This document shows positions 62,252-64,000 of a stretch of DNA of 64,000 bases, in pieces. A program made the position numbers and the translations under genes. The stretch is from positions 160,001-224,000 of the forward strand of contig JAYFMW010000020.1 in assembly GCA_042408215.1 (NCBI GenBank), given 5' to 3'. Numbering within the stretch: the stretch's first letter is position 1; each line of letters begins with the position of its first letter. The stretch is from Microcoleus sp. (GTDB lineage: Bacteria > Cyanobacteriota > Cyanobacteriia > Cyanobacteriales > Microcoleaceae). The notes beneath the pieces were generated by a model. The model worked only from the letters and a program-made list of their open reading frames with translations. It did no database searches and was not told the DNA's origin.

Positions 62252-63142
62252 TTAGCTCACCGGATCGATTCCTGCCAAATCCAAAATTTGAGGAATTAAA
62301 TCTTCTCGCTTCACAGCCATCATGTGAACTCCTTGACAAATCTGCCGCGCTAGTTTAACTTGTTCTGCCGCAATTTTTATGCCTTCCTGCAAGGGTTCTG
62401 GAGCTTTTGCCAAACGATCGATCGTCTCTTGTGGTATGTGAACTCCCGGCACATATTTTTTGATAAATTCAGCATTTTTAGCTGATTTAAACAGAAAGAT
62501 TCCTGCTAAAATGGGTTTGTTGCAACCAGCGGCAATCTGGTGCATAAACTTATCTAAAAGTTCAAAATCTGTAATTAATTGACTTTGAAAAAACTGTGCT
62601 CCTGCTTCTATTTTTTTCTCAAATCGACTTTGCAAACCTGACCAACTGGGGGATTGCGGGTCAACAGCAGCACCGGCAAATAAATCGGTAAATCCGTCTG
62701 TTAAACGTTTGTCATTCCAGTCGGTGCCGCCGTTCATTTTTTGAATAGCTTGCAGCAGTCGCACGGCTTCAAAATCAAATACGCTTTTAGCTTTAGGATG
62801 ATCGCCAGCCTTGACTGGATCGCCTGTTAGTGCTAATACATTGCGAATGCCTAAAGCCTGTGCTCCCATGAGATCGGCTTGCAGGCCGATTTGATTGCGA
62901 TCGCGACAAGCAACTTGACAAATCGGCTCAATTCCGTGCTGTAATAAAATCGCCGAAACTGCTAGGGGGCACATTCGCAACACTGCGCGACTACCATCGG
63001 TGATATTAATCGCGTGAACTCGGTTTTTGAGCTGTTGAGCCATTGCCAGGGTGTGAGTCATATCACCACCTTTGGGGGGGGTCACTTCGGCGGTAATTAT
63101 AAATTCTCCGGGGGTGGTGCAAGCAGTGCGAAAACGATTCAT
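62252..63142 (-). CDS. metF: Methylenetetrahydrofolate reductase
   Basis: AEV.PPKG, NITDG, ACRDRN, LTGD, GAQFFQSQ. Confidence 0.9.
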   Translation of the reverse strand: MNRFRTACTTPGEFIITAEVTPPKGGDMTHTLAMAQQLKNRVHAINITDGSRAVLRMCPLAVSAILLQHGIEPICQVACRDRNQIGLQADLMGAQALGIRNVLALTGDPVKAGDHPKAKSVFDFEAVRLLQAIQKMNGGTDWNDKRLTDGFTDLFAGAAVDPQSPSWSGLQSRFEKKIEAGAQFFQSQLITDFELLDKFMHQIAAGCNKPILAGIFLFKSAKNAEFIKKYVPGVHIPQETIDRLAKAPEPLQEGIKIAAEQVKLARQICQGVHMMAVKREDLIPQILDLAGIDPVS

Positions 63143-63144
63143 GA

Positions 63145-63278
63145 TTGGTTGACAGTTGACAGTTGACTGTTGACAGTTGACAGTTGTTAGTTGGCAGTTG
63201 AGAGTTGACAGTTGTTTTGCTGCTGACTAATAACTAATGACTAATAACTAATGACTAATGACCAATGACTAATGACTA
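63145..63278. repeat. STRR tracts (GTTGACA; GACTAAT)
   Basis: Heptamer tandem repeats between trpS and metF. Confidence 0.85.
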
Positions 63279-64000
63279 ATTAGGTAAAGAATAACCGAAA
63301 GCTGTTTTAACCTTAACCAACGTTTGGTTAGCAATAGCTTCTGCTTGTTCCTTTCCTCGACGCAATACCGACTCCAAGTATCCCCGATCGTCCATGATGT
63401 CTTTGTATTTATCCTGAATTGGTTTCAGGGCATTAATTGTCGTCTCTGTCAACAGGGGTTTAAAGTCTCCCCAACCCATATTTTCACACTCCGCTGCGAC
63501 TTCTTCCTTCGATTTGCCAGAAAGCAGCAGGTAAAGCGTCAGCAAATTTCTAGCTTCCGGGCGATCGCGATCGTCAAAGGTCAAGCCTCGCACGGCATCA
63601 GTTTTGCAACGCTTAATTTTTTTGGTAATTGTTTCTGGCGAATCCAATAAATTAATTCGACTCAGTTCGGAAGGGTCAGATTTAGACATTTTGCGAGTGC
63701 CATCTGTCAAACTCATCACTCTCGCGCCGTCAGTCCGAATTAACGGTTCTGGAAGTTTTAAAACTGGGTTTTCTGGTGTTCCAAATTGGTGATTCAATCT
63801 GTTTACCAGATCGCGGGTGAGCTCCAAATGCTGTTTTTGGTCTTCTCCTACTGGCACTTTATCGGCATCGTAAAGCAAGATATCTGCTGCCATCAATACG
63901 GGATAATTCAGTAAACCGGCGTTGACATTTTCTCCTTGTTTAACTGATTTTTCTTTAAACTGAATCATATCTTGGAGCCAGTTAATCGGGGTAATGCAGT
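63276..64000 (-). CDS. trpS: Tryptophanyl-tRNA synthetase, 5' part outside the window
   Basis: YPVLMAADIL, VPVGEDQKQHLE, KMSKS. Confidence 0.96.
   Translation of the reverse strand, partial: CITPINWLQDMIQFKEKSVKQGENVNAGLLNYPVLMAADILLYDADKVPVGEDQKQHLELTRDLVNRLNHQFGTPENPVLKLPEPLIRTDGARVMSLTDGTRKMSKSDPSELSRINLLDSPETITKKIKRCKTDAVRGLTFDDRDRPEARNLLTLYLLLSGKSKEEVAAECENMGWGDFKPLLTETTINALKPIQDKYKDIMDDRGYLESVLRRGKEQAEAIANQTLVKVKTAFGYSLPN

Overview
64 kb of a filamentous cyanobacterial chromosome, Oscillatoriales-like (Microcoleus/Tychonema type; inferred from dense HIP1 GCGATCGC sites, heptamer STRR tracts and hpsL/ebsA/isiB-type genes). Housekeeping genes (ftsH, eda, coaD-cdv3, typA, sucCD, mgdA-like, ebsA, yajQ, metF, partial trpS) alternate with accessory patches. 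These include an iron/metal island (feoA-feoA-feoB-feoC, orphan kinase, flavodoxin operon, P1B-ATPase) built on a partial duplication, three toxin-antitoxin clusters, two STAND NTPases, a frameshifted PLD-pentapeptide gene, a ParA two-gene module and many MITE/REP-like repeats. The clearest notable feature is an apparently intact IscB/omegaRNA element inserted exactly between the putative ribosome-binding site and the ATG of sucD, so its predicted guide is the sucD 5'UTR and its TAM overlaps the start codon. A decayed TnpB element lies about 5 kb away. The best candidates for undescribed systems are a sensor-less HTH-NB-ARC protein with a tandem 9-bp repeat array facing a secreted protein, a NACHT-HEAT protein with an apparently swapped AT-rich sensor region, twin XRE genes facing a 20-bp repeat array, and an HNH plus partner pair. 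No rRNA, tRNA or CRISPR array was recognised. All calls come from reading motifs by eye; no database searches were run.
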